Assembly (NCBI GenBank): GCA_945273735.1
Contig: CALYPJ010000007.1
Coordinates: forward strand, 4,970-68,969
Source: an uncultured Lactobacillaceae bacterium
GTDB lineage: Bacteria; Bacillota; Bacilli; Lactobacillales; Lactobacillaceae
Direction: 5' to 3'
DNA: 64,000 bases
Notes under the pieces: generated by a model
The model's database searches: none
What the model was told of the DNA's origin: nothing
The model's input: the letters and a program-made list of their open reading frames with translations, nothing else
Translations under genes and position numbers: made by a program
Shown here: piece by piece, positions 19,929 through 31,259 of the stretch
Position numbering within the stretch: position 1 is the stretch's first letter
Layout of the letters: each line of letters begins with the position of its first letter

Positions 19929-21863
19929 ATGGTAAAAATAACCTTACCTAATAGTGAAATAAAAGAATATCAAGATGGAGTTACAATTTTAGAAATTGCT
20001 AAGAATATTAGTCCCAGTTTAGCAAAAAAAGCAGTTTTTGCGACTGCTAATGATATTGATTCACCACTTAATAAAAGTATAACTCAAGATTGTAATCTTA
20101 TTTTACATACAAGTGATGAACCAAAGTCTTTAGATAATTTAAGGGCAACTTTAAGTTTCTTTTTAGGCAAAGCAATAAAAAAATTTGACCAAACAGCAGT
20201 TTTAGGAGATCATGGCTTTAACGATGGCGGCTTTTTCTACGATAGTGATATCGCTACTGGACAGATTTCGGCAGACCAATTACCAGAAATTACTAAACTC
20301 GTTATTAATGAATTAAATCAAAATAATAAACTAGTATGTGTTCGTAGTTCTATTGATGAGGCTATAACTATTTTTAAAGAGAATTCTTATCAAGTCGAAT
20401 TGCTAAAATCTTTAAAAACTGATTATGTATATATTAATACTTTTGAAGATTATAAGGATTTTTCTTTAATTCCTTTATTAACTAATTATCAAAATATTAA
20501 ATATTTTAAATTATTATTTGTCGCCGGTGCTTACTTTTTAGGTAAGTCAAGTAACAAAATGTTCCAAAGAATTTCCGGAACTGCATTTTTTAGCAAAAAA
20601 GAACTTGAAGAAGATGAAAAAAAGAGAGAAATTGCCCGTTCTCATGATCACCGTGTTTTAGGACAACAACTTGATCTATTTTTTGTTAATCCAGAAATTG
20701 GGGCCGGATTACCGTATTGGTTACCTAAAGGTGCTACAATTCGTCGTATAGTTGAAAGATATATTATTGATAAAGAAGTCGATGCGGGTTATCAGCATGT
20801 ATATACTCCAGTGTTAGCAAATTTAAATCTTTATAAAACTTCTGGACATTGGGCTCACTATCGAGAAGATATGTTCCCACCAATGGATATGGGAGATGGT
20901 GAATTATTAGAATTACGTCCAATGAATTGTCCTTCTCATATCGCAATTTATAAGTATAAACCTAGAAGTTATCGTGATTTACCATTAAGAATTGCAGAAT
21001 TAGGTATGATGCATCGATATGAAAAGTCAGGTGCTCTTTCGGGTTTACAAAGAGTTCGAGAGATGACTTTAAATGATGGGCATACTTTTGTAGCCCTAGA
21101 ACAAATTCAAGATGAATTTAAAAAAGTATTAAAATTAATGATGGAAGTCTACCGCGATTTTGATATCAAAGACTATAAATTCCGGTTAAGTTATCGTGAT
21201 AAAGCTAATACTGAAAAATATTTTGATGATGATCAAATGTGGGAGCGCTCTCAAAGTATGTTGAAAGGTGCTATGGATGAGTTAGGACTGGAATATTACG
21301 AAGCAGAAGGCGAAGCAGCTTTTTATGGACCAAAATTAGACGTACAAACTAAAACAGCAATGGGTAATGAAGAAACGATGTCAACAATTCAATTAGACTT
21401 TATGCAGCCAGAACGTTTTAAATTAACTTATGTCGGTGCTGACGGCAATGATCATCGTCCAATAATGATTCATCGTGGGATTATTGGCACTTTAGAAAGG
21501 TTTGTATCTTATCTAATTGAAATATACATGGGAGCTTTTCCAACCTGGTTAGCACCAATTCAAGTTGACATAATTCCGGTTAATAATGACTTACATCAAG
21601 ATTATGTTAAAAAAATTGAGGCTGATCTTAAAAAAGAAGGGTTGAGAGTTCAAGCTGATCTTCGTAATGAAAAAATGAATTACAAAATTAGAGAAAGTCA
21701 AACTCAAAAAATACCTTACACTATAATTGTTGGTGATCAAGAAAAGTTATCGGGAAATGTTACGATTCGCCGCTATGGACAAGAAAAACAAGAAACTTTA
21801 AATGAATCATCATTTATTGAATTAATTAAATCAGATATTGCTAATTTCAGTCGCGAAGACTAG
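19929..21863 (+). CDS. thrS: Threonine--tRNA ligase
   Basis: [35 protein letters not shown]. Confidence 0.98.
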   Translation: MVKITLPNSEIKEYQDGVTILEIAKNISPSLAKKAVFATANDIDSPLNKSITQDCNLILHTSDEPKSLDNLRATLSFFLGKAIKKFDQTAVLGDHGFNDGGFFYDSDIATGQISADQLPEITKLVINELNQNNKLVCVRSSIDEAITIFKENSYQVELLKSLKTDYVYINTFEDYKDFSLIPLLTNYQNIKYFKLLFVAGAYFLGKSSNKMFQRISGTAFFSKKELEEDEKKREIARSHDHRVLGQQLDLFFVNPEIGAGLPYWLPKGATIRRIVERYIIDKEVDAGYQHVYTPVLANLNLYKTSGHWAHYREDMFPPMDMGDGELLELRPMNCPSHIAIYKYKPRSYRDLPLRIAELGMMHRYEKSGALSGLQRVREMTLNDGHTFVALEQIQDEFKKVLKLMMEVYRDFDIKDYKFRLSYRDKANTEKYFDDDQMWERSQSMLKGAMDELGLEYYEAEGEAAFYGPKLDVQTKTAMGNEETMSTIQLDFMQPERFKLTYVGADGNDHRPIMIHRGIIGTLERFVSYLIEIYMGAFPTWLAPIQVDIIPVNNDLHQDYVKKIEADLKKEGLRVQADLRNEKMNYKIRESQTQKIPYTIIVGDQEKLSGNVTIRRYGQEKQETLNESSFIELIKSDIANFSRED

Positions 21864-22558
21864 ATTATCCAATAAGAAATTATTTGATACAAGGAACTAA
21901 TTAATAGATTGGTTCCTTGTTTTTCTATTTTCCTTGGTATGAGAGGAACTATTATCTGTAAAATCAAATAATAATTGAATGGTCTGTGTAAATATATAAA
22001 AGCAATAATACCTAAAGCTACTAAAAATATATAAAAAACAAATTTACGTTTATTTAAAAAAAGTTCAAAATTTTTTTTACTAATAAAAACTAAGATAATT
22101 TTAAAAAGTAACGATTTTGTAACGAATCCTAGTAAAAGATAAATAGCCAAATACAAGCCAAAAATCCATAAAACAATCTGAAGTGCTATTGAATTTAAAA
22201 TCGAAGTTTTAAGAGTTGCCCACACTACTAAAATATTTGAAGAAATTAATAATCCAGCAAATAAAATATTGGGACGTCGAAAAATCAAAATTGTTAAAAG
22301 TATAAAACTACATATTGCCAAAATAATTATAAATTGTTTTTTCTCTTTGATTTGGCTTATTCCCTTTATTTGATGTAAGGAAAAAAGTATAATTAACCAC
22401 AACAGCAATAAAAAGAAATTAATACTTAATGTAAAAGAAAATTCTTTGGTGAGGCCAAAGATTGCCATAATAAAGATGACAAGATTACAACTATTTTTTA
22501 AAAGTATAGTATTAATTGTTTTTGGTTTGTTCATGGGTTTTATTATATTTGAATTCAT
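21860..22558 (-). CDS. Hypothetical multi-pass membrane protein
   Basis: 232-aa ORF with many hydrophobic segments; divergent from metK and convergent with thrS. Confidence 0.6.
   Translation of the reverse strand: MNSNIIKPMNKPKTINTILLKNSCNLVIFIMAIFGLTKEFSFTLSINFFLLLLWLIILFSLHQIKGISQIKEKKQFIIILAICSFILLTILIFRRPNILFAGLLISSNILVVWATLKTSILNSIALQIVLWIFGLYLAIYLLLGFVTKSLLFKIILVFISKKNFELFLNKRKFVFYIFLVALGIIAFIYLHRPFNYYLILQIIVPLIPRKIEKQGTNLLISSLYQIISYWII
21889..21930 (+). terminator. Probable thrS terminator embedded in the antisense of the convergent gene
   Basis: ACAAGGAACTAAT/ATTGGTTCCTTGT 13-bp stem (one G-U) followed by TTTTCTATTT, 25 nt after the thrS stop. Confidence 0.7.
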
Positions 22559-22598
22559 TATTTTTTAGAATAGAAAATTAAAGGTGGGATAAATAAAT

Positions 22599-23786
22599 AT
22601 GTCTAATAATTACTTATTTTCTTCAGAATCAGTATCAGTTGGTCATCCTGATAAAATTGCAGATCAACTTGCTGATACGATTTTAGATGCTATTTTGGCT
22701 CAAGACCCCAAAGCTAGAGTAGCTTGTGAGGTTTCAGTCTCAACAGGATTAGTATTAGTGGTGGGAGAAATTAGTACTTCAGCTTTTGTTGATATTCAAT
22801 CTTTAGTAAGAAATAAAATTAAAGAAATTGGTTATCGTGATAAAAAATTTGGTTTCGATGGTGATACTTGTGCAGTTTTGACAGCTATTGACGAACAATC
22901 TAGTGATATTGCTCAAGGAGTTAATGATCCTGAAGATGCTAAGCATCAACAAAATGATTTAGAATTAGGCGCTGGAGATCAAGGAATAATGTTTGGGTTT
23001 GCAACTAATGAAACTGAATCATATATGCCATTGGGCTTGGTTTTAGCTCATAAATTAATGAAACAAGCTAAAAAAGTTAGAGAAGATGGCACCTTATCTT
23101 ATTTGGGTCCTGATGCAAAATCTCAAGTAACAATTGAATATAATGAAAACGATCAACCACAGAGGGTTGATGCGGTAGTTTTAAGTACACAACACCTAGC
23201 TAACATTGAATTAAATCAGTTAAGATCAGATGTACTTGAAAAAATTATTAAACCAATAATTCCAAAAAACTTATTAGATGAAAAGACAAAATTTTATATA
23301 AATCCAACAGGACGATTTGTTATTGGGGGACCTCAAGCTGATACTGGACAAACGGGCCGAAAAATTATGGTTGATACTTATGGCGGCTATGCTCGAAACG
23401 GGGGAGGGGCATTTTCAGGTAAAGATGCGACAAAAGTTGATCGTAGTGCGGCTTATATGGCTCGTTATGTTGCAAAAAACTTGGTAGCAGCTGGTATTGC
23501 TCCAAAAATCCAAATACAAGTTTCATATGCTATTGGTTTAGAAAAACCATTATCTTTAAATGTTAATACTTTTGGTAAAAGTAAATACACTAATAAACAA
23601 ATTATTAAAGTTATTAATCAACTTTTTGATTTTCGCCCAGGTGCAATTATAAAGAAATTAGATTTACAGCGACCAATATATGCTCCTTTAGCTGCATTTG
23701 GCCATTTTGGCCGAGATGATCTTGATCTTACGTGGGAAAAATTAGATAAAGTATCTGATATAAAAAACTTAATTAATACATTTTAA
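22599..23786 (+). CDS. metK: S-adenosylmethionine synthetase
   Basis: [26 protein letters not shown]. Confidence 0.98.
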   Translation: MSNNYLFSSESVSVGHPDKIADQLADTILDAILAQDPKARVACEVSVSTGLVLVVGEISTSAFVDIQSLVRNKIKEIGYRDKKFGFDGDTCAVLTAIDEQSSDIAQGVNDPEDAKHQQNDLELGAGDQGIMFGFATNETESYMPLGLVLAHKLMKQAKKVREDGTLSYLGPDAKSQVTIEYNENDQPQRVDAVVLSTQHLANIELNQLRSDVLEKIIKPIIPKNLLDEKTKFYINPTGRFVIGGPQADTGQTGRKIMVDTYGGYARNGGGAFSGKDATKVDRSAAYMARYVAKNLVAAGIAPKIQIQVSYAIGLEKPLSLNVNTFGKSKYTNKQIIKVINQLFDFRPGAIIKKLDLQRPIYAPLAAFGHFGRDDLDLTWEKLDKVSDIKNLINTF

Positions 23787-23901
23787 CAATCTCTTTATTA
23801 ACCCAATTTATCCAATTTATAAATATTTTTTTTTGGAAATAGCTCCCAATTTTTTATAAAAATTTTATAAAATGAATCTATGAATTTCTTGGGAGGATAT
23901 T

Positions 23902-26142
23902 TTGGAAACAAGAAAAGAACGCATTAATGCGCAAATTAAACGTAATAAAAAATATCATCATCGCCAAAAGGTTAAGAAATTTGGAAAGTTATCCATATTT
24001 ACTGGAACCACTCTTGGTTTAAGCGGAATTTTCACTCAGGTTGGTAATACTAAAGCTACACCATCATCAATGGATAATGAATCAGTTAACACTAATCAAA
24101 TTGCCTCTAATCCTGCACCAAATTCTTCTTATAATTTTACTCAAGATGCTCTTCAAGTTTCTTATTTGACGCAAAATCAATATAATTTTTTGAGCCAAAT
24201 TGCTCCTATTGCTCAGAAGTTGGCTTCAGAAAACAATTTATATGCTTCTGTAATGCTCGCTCAAGCAATTATTGAATCTGGGTGGGGACAAAGTGGTTTA
24301 GCTTCAGCACCTAATTACAACTTATTTGGAGTAAAAGGAAGTTACTTAGGTAATTCAGTTTCTATGCCAACTCAAGAACAAACATCGAATGGTGAAACTT
24401 ATTCAATTGTTGCTGATTTTGCTAAATATCCAAATTATGAAGCATCTATGAAAGCTTACATTCAAACGATGTTAAATCCGCTTTATGTTGGATCATGGCG
24501 CTCTAATACTAGAAATTATCAAGATGCTGCTAATTATTTGACTGGTCGTTATGCAACGGCAATTAATTATGGAGACACCTTAATTTCAACTATACAAAAA
24601 TATAATTTAACAATTTTTGATTCAAAAGATTTTTCGGTAAATCCTCAATTAAAAGGAGTTGCTTTTCCCTTAAAACAACAGCAAACGTATATAATTCAAA
24701 AGGGCGATTCATTATGGGGAATTGCGAGAAAACATGGTGTAAGTTTAAATGAAATTTTAAAATTAAACCACTTACAACTAAACAGTAAGATATATCCCCA
24801 TCAAATTCTTAAGTTACGTGAAATTTCACCCGTATCTAATATTCCTTTTTATAAAATTGTAAAAAATCAATCTATTGATGCAACGAATAAGCCGGAATTA
24901 CCATTATCAACAGAAAGTAATGAACAGTATCTAAAAAATGAATTAAAAAATTCTTACACAGTTAAGGCTGGTGATTCGTTATATGCAATAGCTAAAAAAA
25001 ATGGGTTGAGTCTAGCTGATCTTTTAAGAATTAATAATTTAAACGTCAATTCAATAATTAAACCGGGTGATGTTTTAAAAATTCAAGACTTTTTAAATTC
25101 TAAATCTAATGCTGCATTAAACGTAAGTGAAGATGGTTCATATTTAGTTAAAAAATATGATAGTTTATATCGAATTGCTATAAATTCAGGGTTAAGCTTG
25201 AATGAATTATTAAATTTAAATCACTTAAAAGCTAATTCATTAATTTATCCGGGACAAAAGTTAATTGTTAAATCCAAAACTAAAACGGTAATTCCAAGTA
25301 CACCGAAAACTAATAATACTAATTTAACTAAATATAAAGTAAAAGTTGGTGATACACTTTATCATATTGCTCGACAAGCTGGAATTAGTCTAGATGAATT
25401 ATTAAATTTAAATCATTTAAAAATTAATTCTTTGATCTTGCCAGGACAGGAATTGATTATTAAAAAATCAGTAGCTGATAATCAAAATAATCATAAAGTT
25501 CCGTTTCCTTCGTTAGACAATAAAGATTTTGATCAGCATAAATCATCAATTTATACAGTAAAAGCTGGTGATACGCTTTACCATATTGCTCAAGAATTTA
25601 AAATAAACCTTAGTGATTTACTAGAAACAAATCATTTAAATGAAAAATCTTTAATCACTCCAGGTCAAAAATTACTAATTTCTTCACCTTCGAAAGTAAA
25701 TCAGCAAAAAGCAAATAAAGATCAACCTTCTAAAGTTGAAGTTTCTGAAAAAGAAACTAATGAAACTAATACTTATCAAGTTGTTAAAGGTGATACTTTT
25801 TATAGTATTTCTAAGAAGTTTGGAATTACAATTGATGAACTTTTAAATGCTAATAATTTAAGCTTAAATTCAGTAGTTAATCCTGGTAAAAAATTGATTA
25901 TAAATAAATCAGCTTCAGAAACTTTAACTTCTTCTGATGTTGAATCAAATAAAAAAAGTGGTAGTAAAATTGAGGATAGCAAAACAGTTGCTGAAGTTGA
26001 TCAAAAAACCTATACTGTTAAACAAGGTGATTCCTTGTATAAAATTGCAACTAGTCATAAAACTACAGTTAATGCTTTGGAGAAAATCAATGAACTTCCA
26101 GGAGATTTAATCATTCCAGGACAAGTAATTAGAATCAAGTAG
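23902..26142 (+). CDS. AcmA-like autolysin: GH73 glucosaminidase plus 7 LysM domains
   Basis: AQAIIESGWG, NLFGVKG and YATA GH73 motifs; seven YxVxxGD[ST]LxxIA-type repeats. Confidence 0.92.
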   Translation: METRKERINAQIKRNKKYHHRQKVKKFGKLSIFTGTTLGLSGIFTQVGNTKATPSSMDNESVNTNQIASNPAPNSSYNFTQDALQVSYLTQNQYNFLSQIAPIAQKLASENNLYASVMLAQAIIESGWGQSGLASAPNYNLFGVKGSYLGNSVSMPTQEQTSNGETYSIVADFAKYPNYEASMKAYIQTMLNPLYVGSWRSNTRNYQDAANYLTGRYATAINYGDTLISTIQKYNLTIFDSKDFSVNPQLKGVAFPLKQQQTYIIQKGDSLWGIARKHGVSLNEILKLNHLQLNSKIYPHQILKLREISPVSNIPFYKIVKNQSIDATNKPELPLSTESNEQYLKNELKNSYTVKAGDSLYAIAKKNGLSLADLLRINNLNVNSIIKPGDVLKIQDFLNSKSNAALNVSEDGSYLVKKYDSLYRIAINSGLSLNELLNLNHLKANSLIYPGQKLIVKSKTKTVIPSTPKTNNTNLTKYKVKVGDTLYHIARQAGISLDELLNLNHLKINSLILPGQELIIKKSVADNQNNHKVPFPSLDNKDFDQHKSSIYTVKAGDTLYHIAQEFKINLSDLLETNHLNEKSLITPGQKLLISSPSKVNQQKANKDQPSKVEVSEKETNETNTYQVVKGDTFYSISKKFGITIDELLNANNLSLNSVVNPGKKLIINKSASETLTSSDVESNKKSGSKIEDSKTVAEVDQKTYTVKQGDSLYKIATSHKTTVNALEKINELPGDLIIPGQVIRIK

Positions 26143-26165
26143 TTTTAACCATTAATCAAGGAATT

Positions 26166-26195
26166 TCCTATGAATGTTATTTCATAGGATTTTTT
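26166..26195 (+). terminator. Intrinsic terminator of the autolysin gene
   Basis: TCCTATGAA/TTCATAGGA stem plus T-tract. Confidence 0.75.
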
Positions 26196-26288
26196 ATTTT
26201 TAAAAATATTTTAATTTATAATTGTTTACTATATTAAGCAAAGCATTTTTTGGCTAAAATTAAATTAAGTATAAAAAAGGGGAAAAGT

Positions 26289-28718
26289 ATGTTTAATCAT
26301 CGAGTAATTGAAAAAAAATGGCAAAAATATTGGGATGAACATCACACTTTTAAAGCTGATGACTTTTCAAGTAAAAAGAAATATTATGTATTGGATATGT
26401 TTCCGTATCCTTCTGGTCAAGGTTTGCACGTGGGGCACCCCGAAGGATATACGGCGACTGATATCATAAGTCGGATGAAACGAATGCAAGGATATAATGT
26501 TTTACATCCTATGGGGTGGGATGCCTTTGGTTTACCAACAGAACAATATGCTTTAAAAACGGGAAATAACCCTGCTGATTTCACTCAAAAAAACATTAAC
26601 GTATTTAAAAAGCAAATGAAATCTTTAGGTTTATCCTATGATTGGGATAGAGAAATAAATACAAGTGATCCTAATTACTATAAATGGACTCAATGGATAT
26701 TTGAAAAACTATATGAAAAAGGATTAGCATACGAAGATAAAATTATGGTTAATTGGGCGCCAGACTTTCCTGGGGGTGGTATCGTAGTTGCTAATGAAGA
26801 GGTTATTGACGGAAAAACAGAACGTGGTGGCTACCCGGTTTATCGAGTTCCAATGAGACAATGGGTTTTGAAAATAACAGCATATGCGGATCGATTATTA
26901 GAAGACCTAGATGATCTTGATTGGCCTGAAGCTATTAAAGAACAACAGCGTCATTGGATTGGACGCTCAAAAGGGGCATCTGTTTTATTTAAAACTTCAG
27001 TAGGTGATAAAAATATTGAGATTTTTACTACCCGTCCTGATACTCTTTTCGGAGCTACTTATATTGTATTATCTCCCGAACATGAATTAGTAGATCAAAT
27101 TACAACTGATGAGTATAAAGAACAAGTCAATGCCTATAAAAAGAAGATTGCTTCAAAATCAGATTTGGAAAGAACTGATTTAAATAAAGAAAAATCAGGA
27201 ACTTTTACTGGTGCTTATGCAATTAATCCTGTAAATCAAGATAAAATTCCAATTTGGATTGCAGATTATGTTTTATCTTCTTATGGGACTGGAGCAATTA
27301 TGGCAGTACCTGCTCATGATGAACGAGATTTTGAATTTGCTAAAAAATTTAATTTGCCTATTAAATTTGTCATTAAAAGTCCTGATAGTAATACAGATTT
27401 AAACAGTCCCTATACTGGAGACGGATTACATATAAATTCAGACTTTTTAAACGGTTTAGATAAAAAAAATGCCATTGATAAAATGATTAATTGGTTAAAA
27501 GACCATCATTGCGGTAAATCTAAAATTAATTATCGCTTAAGAGATTGGATATTTTCAAGGCAGAGGTATTGGGGAGAGCCAATTCCTGTTATTCACTGGG
27601 AAGATGGAACTTCCAGTTTAGTACCTGAAAGTGAATTGCCATTAAAGCTTCCTCACATTGCCAATTTAAAACCTTCAGGAACTGGTGAATCTCCATTAGC
27701 TAATGCTACTGATTGGCTTAATGTAACTAGAAAAGATGGTGTAAAAGGGCGGCGTGAAACTAATACAATGCCTCAGTGGGCTGGTTCTTCATGGTATTAT
27801 CTACGTTATATGGATCCTCACGATGGTAAGTTTTTAGTTGATCCTAAGAAAGTAGCATATTGGCAAAATGTTGATCTTTATATTGGAGGAGCTGAACATG
27901 CTGTTTTACATTTGCTTTATGCTCGTTTTTGGCATAAATTTCTTTATGATCTAGGCGTTGTTCCGACTAAAGAACCATTTCAAAAGTTAGTTAATCAGGG
28001 GATGATTCTTGGTCAAAATCATGAGAAAATGAGTAAATCTAAAGGAAATGTCGTTAATCCTGACCAGATTGAAGAAGAATATGGTGCTGATAGTTTAAGA
28101 GTTTATGAAATGTTTATGGGCCCTTTGGAACAATCAATTAGCTGGTCAGATAAAGGATTAGCAGGAGCTAGACGTTGGTTAGATCGAGTTTGGCGATTAT
28201 ACATTGATAAAGATAGTGGTGAGCTTAGTTCTAATATTTCTGATTTACCAAACCCTGAATTAGAATATATATATAATAAAACTATTAAAAAAGTAACCGA
28301 AGACTATGAAAACCTTCGTTTCAATATTGCAATTTCTTCAATGATGGTTTTTGTAAATGAGGTTCAAAAATCGGACCACTTTAATCGAAAAATGGCCCTC
28401 AATTTTATTAAATTATTAAACCCAATTGCTCCGCATATTACTGAAGAATTAAATGAAAAGCTAGGAAATAACGAAACATTAGCATTTGCTAATTGGCCAA
28501 CTTATGATAAAAGTAAAATTATCGAAAATAAATTTACAATTGCTGTACAAGTTAATGGTAAATTAAGAGGTACAATTAAAATTTCTGCTAAAGTTGATCA
28601 AGACACTATTAAGGAAGAAGCTATGAAATTACCTAATGTCCAAAAATTTATCAGCAATAGACAAATTGTAAAAATTATTGTAGTTCCTAATAAAATTGTT
28701 AATATAGTTATTAAGTAG
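26289..28718 (+). CDS. leuS: Leucine--tRNA ligase
   Basis: HVGH and KMSKS motifs, intact CP1 editing motifs ([18 protein letters not shown]); ATG 26289 has an AAGGGG SD. Confidence 0.98.
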   Translation: MFNHRVIEKKWQKYWDEHHTFKADDFSSKKKYYVLDMFPYPSGQGLHVGHPEGYTATDIISRMKRMQGYNVLHPMGWDAFGLPTEQYALKTGNNPADFTQKNINVFKKQMKSLGLSYDWDREINTSDPNYYKWTQWIFEKLYEKGLAYEDKIMVNWAPDFPGGGIVVANEEVIDGKTERGGYPVYRVPMRQWVLKITAYADRLLEDLDDLDWPEAIKEQQRHWIGRSKGASVLFKTSVGDKNIEIFTTRPDTLFGATYIVLSPEHELVDQITTDEYKEQVNAYKKKIASKSDLERTDLNKEKSGTFTGAYAINPVNQDKIPIWIADYVLSSYGTGAIMAVPAHDERDFEFAKKFNLPIKFVIKSPDSNTDLNSPYTGDGLHINSDFLNGLDKKNAIDKMINWLKDHHCGKSKINYRLRDWIFSRQRYWGEPIPVIHWEDGTSSLVPESELPLKLPHIANLKPSGTGESPLANATDWLNVTRKDGVKGRRETNTMPQWAGSSWYYLRYMDPHDGKFLVDPKKVAYWQNVDLYIGGAEHAVLHLLYARFWHKFLYDLGVVPTKEPFQKLVNQGMILGQNHEKMSKSKGNVVNPDQIEEEYGADSLRVYEMFMGPLEQSISWSDKGLAGARRWLDRVWRLYIDKDSGELSSNISDLPNPELEYIYNKTIKKVTEDYENLRFNIAISSMMVFVNEVQKSDHFNRKMALNFIKLLNPIAPHITEELNEKLGNNETLAFANWPTYDKSKIIENKFTIAVQVNGKLRGTIKISAKVDQDTIKEEAMKLPNVQKFISNRQIVKIIVVPNKIVNIVIK

Positions 28719-28726
28719 GTTAAAAT

Positions 28727-30340
28727 TTGGCAACCTCTAAAGGCGTTAATTCAAAATTTATTAAAGGCTCCTTCTGGATGACTTTAGGTAATGTTACTTC
28801 TAATTTACTGGGTGCGCTTTATGTTATTCCTTGGTTAAATTGGTTATATCCACATGATACAATTGCTAATTCACTCTTTTCGAAGGGATATCAATGGTAT
28901 GCCCTTTTTTTAGTAATTTCTCAAGCTGGTATTCCAAGTGCGATTTCAAAACAAGTTGCACACCACAATGCTTTAGGTGAATATTCCACAAGTAAAAAAA
29001 TCTTTCAGCATGGGGCTTTTTTTATGCTGTTATTAGGAGCAATATTTAGTTTAATCATGTTTAGTTTAGCTCCTTTACTTTCAGCAGGTGATAAAAGATT
29101 AATACCAATATTCCGCTCATTATCAGTAGCAATCTTAATTATTCCAGTAATGAGTTTATTTCGTGGATTTACTCAAGGTTTTTCCAATATGAAACCTTCA
29201 GCAATTTCATTACTTATTGAACAAGTATTTCGAATATTCTTTATTCTTGGTTCAACTTATTACATAATTAAAGTTATTAAAGGTAATTATGTATCTGCAG
29301 TAATATCTTCAACATTTGCAGCTTTTATCGGAGCTACTTTCTCTTTAGCTTTTCTTTTAATACATATTTTTCATCACCGAAAACAATATCATTTAGATGT
29401 TAGTGTCAAAAAATCTTCTTTATCTACTTCTAAACTTTTTGTAGAAATTATTAAACAATCTGTTCCTTATATTTTTACAGATTCTTCAATTACATTACTT
29501 TTTCTAATTGATCAATATACTTTTAACCCAGCAATGTTATTAGTTAAACATTATTCCGAAGATCAACTTAATTTTTTTTATGCCCTATTTGCTGCAAATG
29601 CCAATAAGTTAACAACAATTGTTTTATCACTTGCTGTTGCTATGGCAGTTAGTTTGACACCATTACTATCTTCAATGATTACAAAAAAAAATATAAGAAA
29701 AGTTCGTCATCAAATTCGAAAAATATTAGAAATTTTCAATTTTATAATTTTTCCGGCATCTTTAGGTGTTTTAGCAGTTGCTACTCCACTTTATACAATT
29801 TTTTACCGATACGATACGTTAGGTATTTTAATTTTACAGATTTCAGCATTTATCTGTATTTTTGAAGCTTTATTCATGGTTTTGTGTGCGATCTTTCAGG
29901 CAGTTTATTTGAATATTACAGCTATTAAGTACTTATTTTTAAGCGTTGCTTTAAAAGCAATATTTCAATTTCCTTGTATTTATTTACTACAGGAAAAGGG
30001 CGGAATAATCGCCACAGGGCTATCTTTAACTATTACTTGTATTTTAATGTTTCGTGAATTAGTTCATATTTTTAATTTAAATATAACTAATTTTTTAAAA
30101 CGTACAATTGGACTTTTAACTTCAGCTATTATTATGATGTTTATTACTAATTTTGTTTTAAAACTAATTTATCTTATTGTGAATCCAACTGATCGAATTA
30201 AAGCAATAATTATATTGATTATTGGAATTATAATTGGCGTTGTGATATATGGTTTTTTAGTTTTTATAACTGGGTTAGCTCAATTTATATTAGGTTCAGA
30301 ATTAATTAACAAAGTTAAAAGTCATCTGCATCTTAAGTAA
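28727..30340 (+). CDS. murJ: MurJ/YtgP-type polysaccharide biosynthesis flippase
   Basis: GSFWMT..LLGALYVIPW and AGIPSAISKQ; multi-TM MOP-family pattern; follows leuS. Confidence 0.82.
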   Translation: MATSKGVNSKFIKGSFWMTLGNVTSNLLGALYVIPWLNWLYPHDTIANSLFSKGYQWYALFLVISQAGIPSAISKQVAHHNALGEYSTSKKIFQHGAFFMLLLGAIFSLIMFSLAPLLSAGDKRLIPIFRSLSVAILIIPVMSLFRGFTQGFSNMKPSAISLLIEQVFRIFFILGSTYYIIKVIKGNYVSAVISSTFAAFIGATFSLAFLLIHIFHHRKQYHLDVSVKKSSLSTSKLFVEIIKQSVPYIFTDSSITLLFLIDQYTFNPAMLLVKHYSEDQLNFFYALFAANANKLTTIVLSLAVAMAVSLTPLLSSMITKKNIRKVRHQIRKILEIFNFIIFPASLGVLAVATPLYTIFYRYDTLGILILQISAFICIFEALFMVLCAIFQAVYLNITAIKYLFLSVALKAIFQFPCIYLLQEKGGIIATGLSLTITCILMFRELVHIFNLNITNFLKRTIGLLTSAIIMMFITNFVLKLIYLIVNPTDRIKAIIILIIGIIIGVVIYGFLVFITGLAQFILGSELINKVKSHLHLK

Positions 30341-30460
30341 ACATTTTTAATGGCATACTATTTGAATGCCATTAAGGAGAGTGATATATTATTAAACAGT
30401 GAATTATTCAAGAATTTAAAATTTGTATTATAAATTTATTTAACCAAAGGAGTTTAGAAT

Positions 30461-31180
30461 ATGTCAGGACATTCTAAATGGCACAATATTCAAGGTCGTA
30501 AAAATGCACAAGATGCTAAAAGAGGAAAAATTTTTCAAAAAATTTCAAAAGAGTTGTATGTAACTGCAAAAGCAGGTGGGATTGATCCTTCAGCCAATCC
30601 AAATTTACGTTTAGTTATGGAAAAAGCTAAACAAGCTAATATGCCAAAAGATAATATAAAACGAGCAATTGATAAAGCTTCCGGTGTCGGTGGAGCAAAT
30701 TATGAGGAAGTGGTTTATGAAGGATATGGTCCGGGGGGAATTGCGGTTTTAGTTTATGCTTTAACCGACAATAAAAATCGAACTGCAACCCAAATTAGAT
30801 TAGCATTTAGTCGAAATGGAGGTACATTAGGTGAAACTGGATCAGTTTCTTATATGTTTTCTAGAAAAGGGGAAATCTTAATTTCAAAAACTGATCAAGA
30901 TATTGATGAAGAACAGTTAACTTTAGATGCTTTAGACGCTGGAGCTGATGATATTATTAATGAAGATGAATATTATACAATCTATACTAATCCAAAAACA
31001 CTTAATGAAGTAAAAGATGGACTTGAAAAAGCAGGGTATGTTATTTCAAATGCAGAGGTAAGCATGATCCCTAACATTACGACGCCAGTACCAAAAGACA
31101 AAGAAGAAAAATTTGAGCATATGCTTGATGCATTAGATGATAGCGATGATGTTTCAAGCGTTTATACAGCTGCTGAATAG
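30461..31180 (+). CDS. yebC: YebC/PmpR family protein
   Basis: [29 protein letters not shown]. Confidence 0.96.
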   Translation: MSGHSKWHNIQGRKNAQDAKRGKIFQKISKELYVTAKAGGIDPSANPNLRLVMEKAKQANMPKDNIKRAIDKASGVGGANYEEVVYEGYGPGGIAVLVYALTDNKNRTATQIRLAFSRNGGTLGETGSVSYMFSRKGEILISKTDQDIDEEQLTLDALDAGADDIINEDEYYTIYTNPKTLNEVKDGLEKAGYVISNAEVSMIPNITTPVPKDKEEKFEHMLDALDDSDDVSSVYTAAE

Positions 31181-31190
31181 TTATCCTTTT

Positions 31191-31219
31191 AAAAAGCCTT
31201 AAATTAAGGCTTTTTTTTT
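31191..31219 (+). terminator. yebC terminator
   Basis: AAAAAGCCTTAAATTAAGGCTTTTTTTTT. Confidence 0.85.
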
Positions 31220-31259
31220 GCGTAATTAACTTATGAGGTTAAGAAGGAGGTAAAAACAT

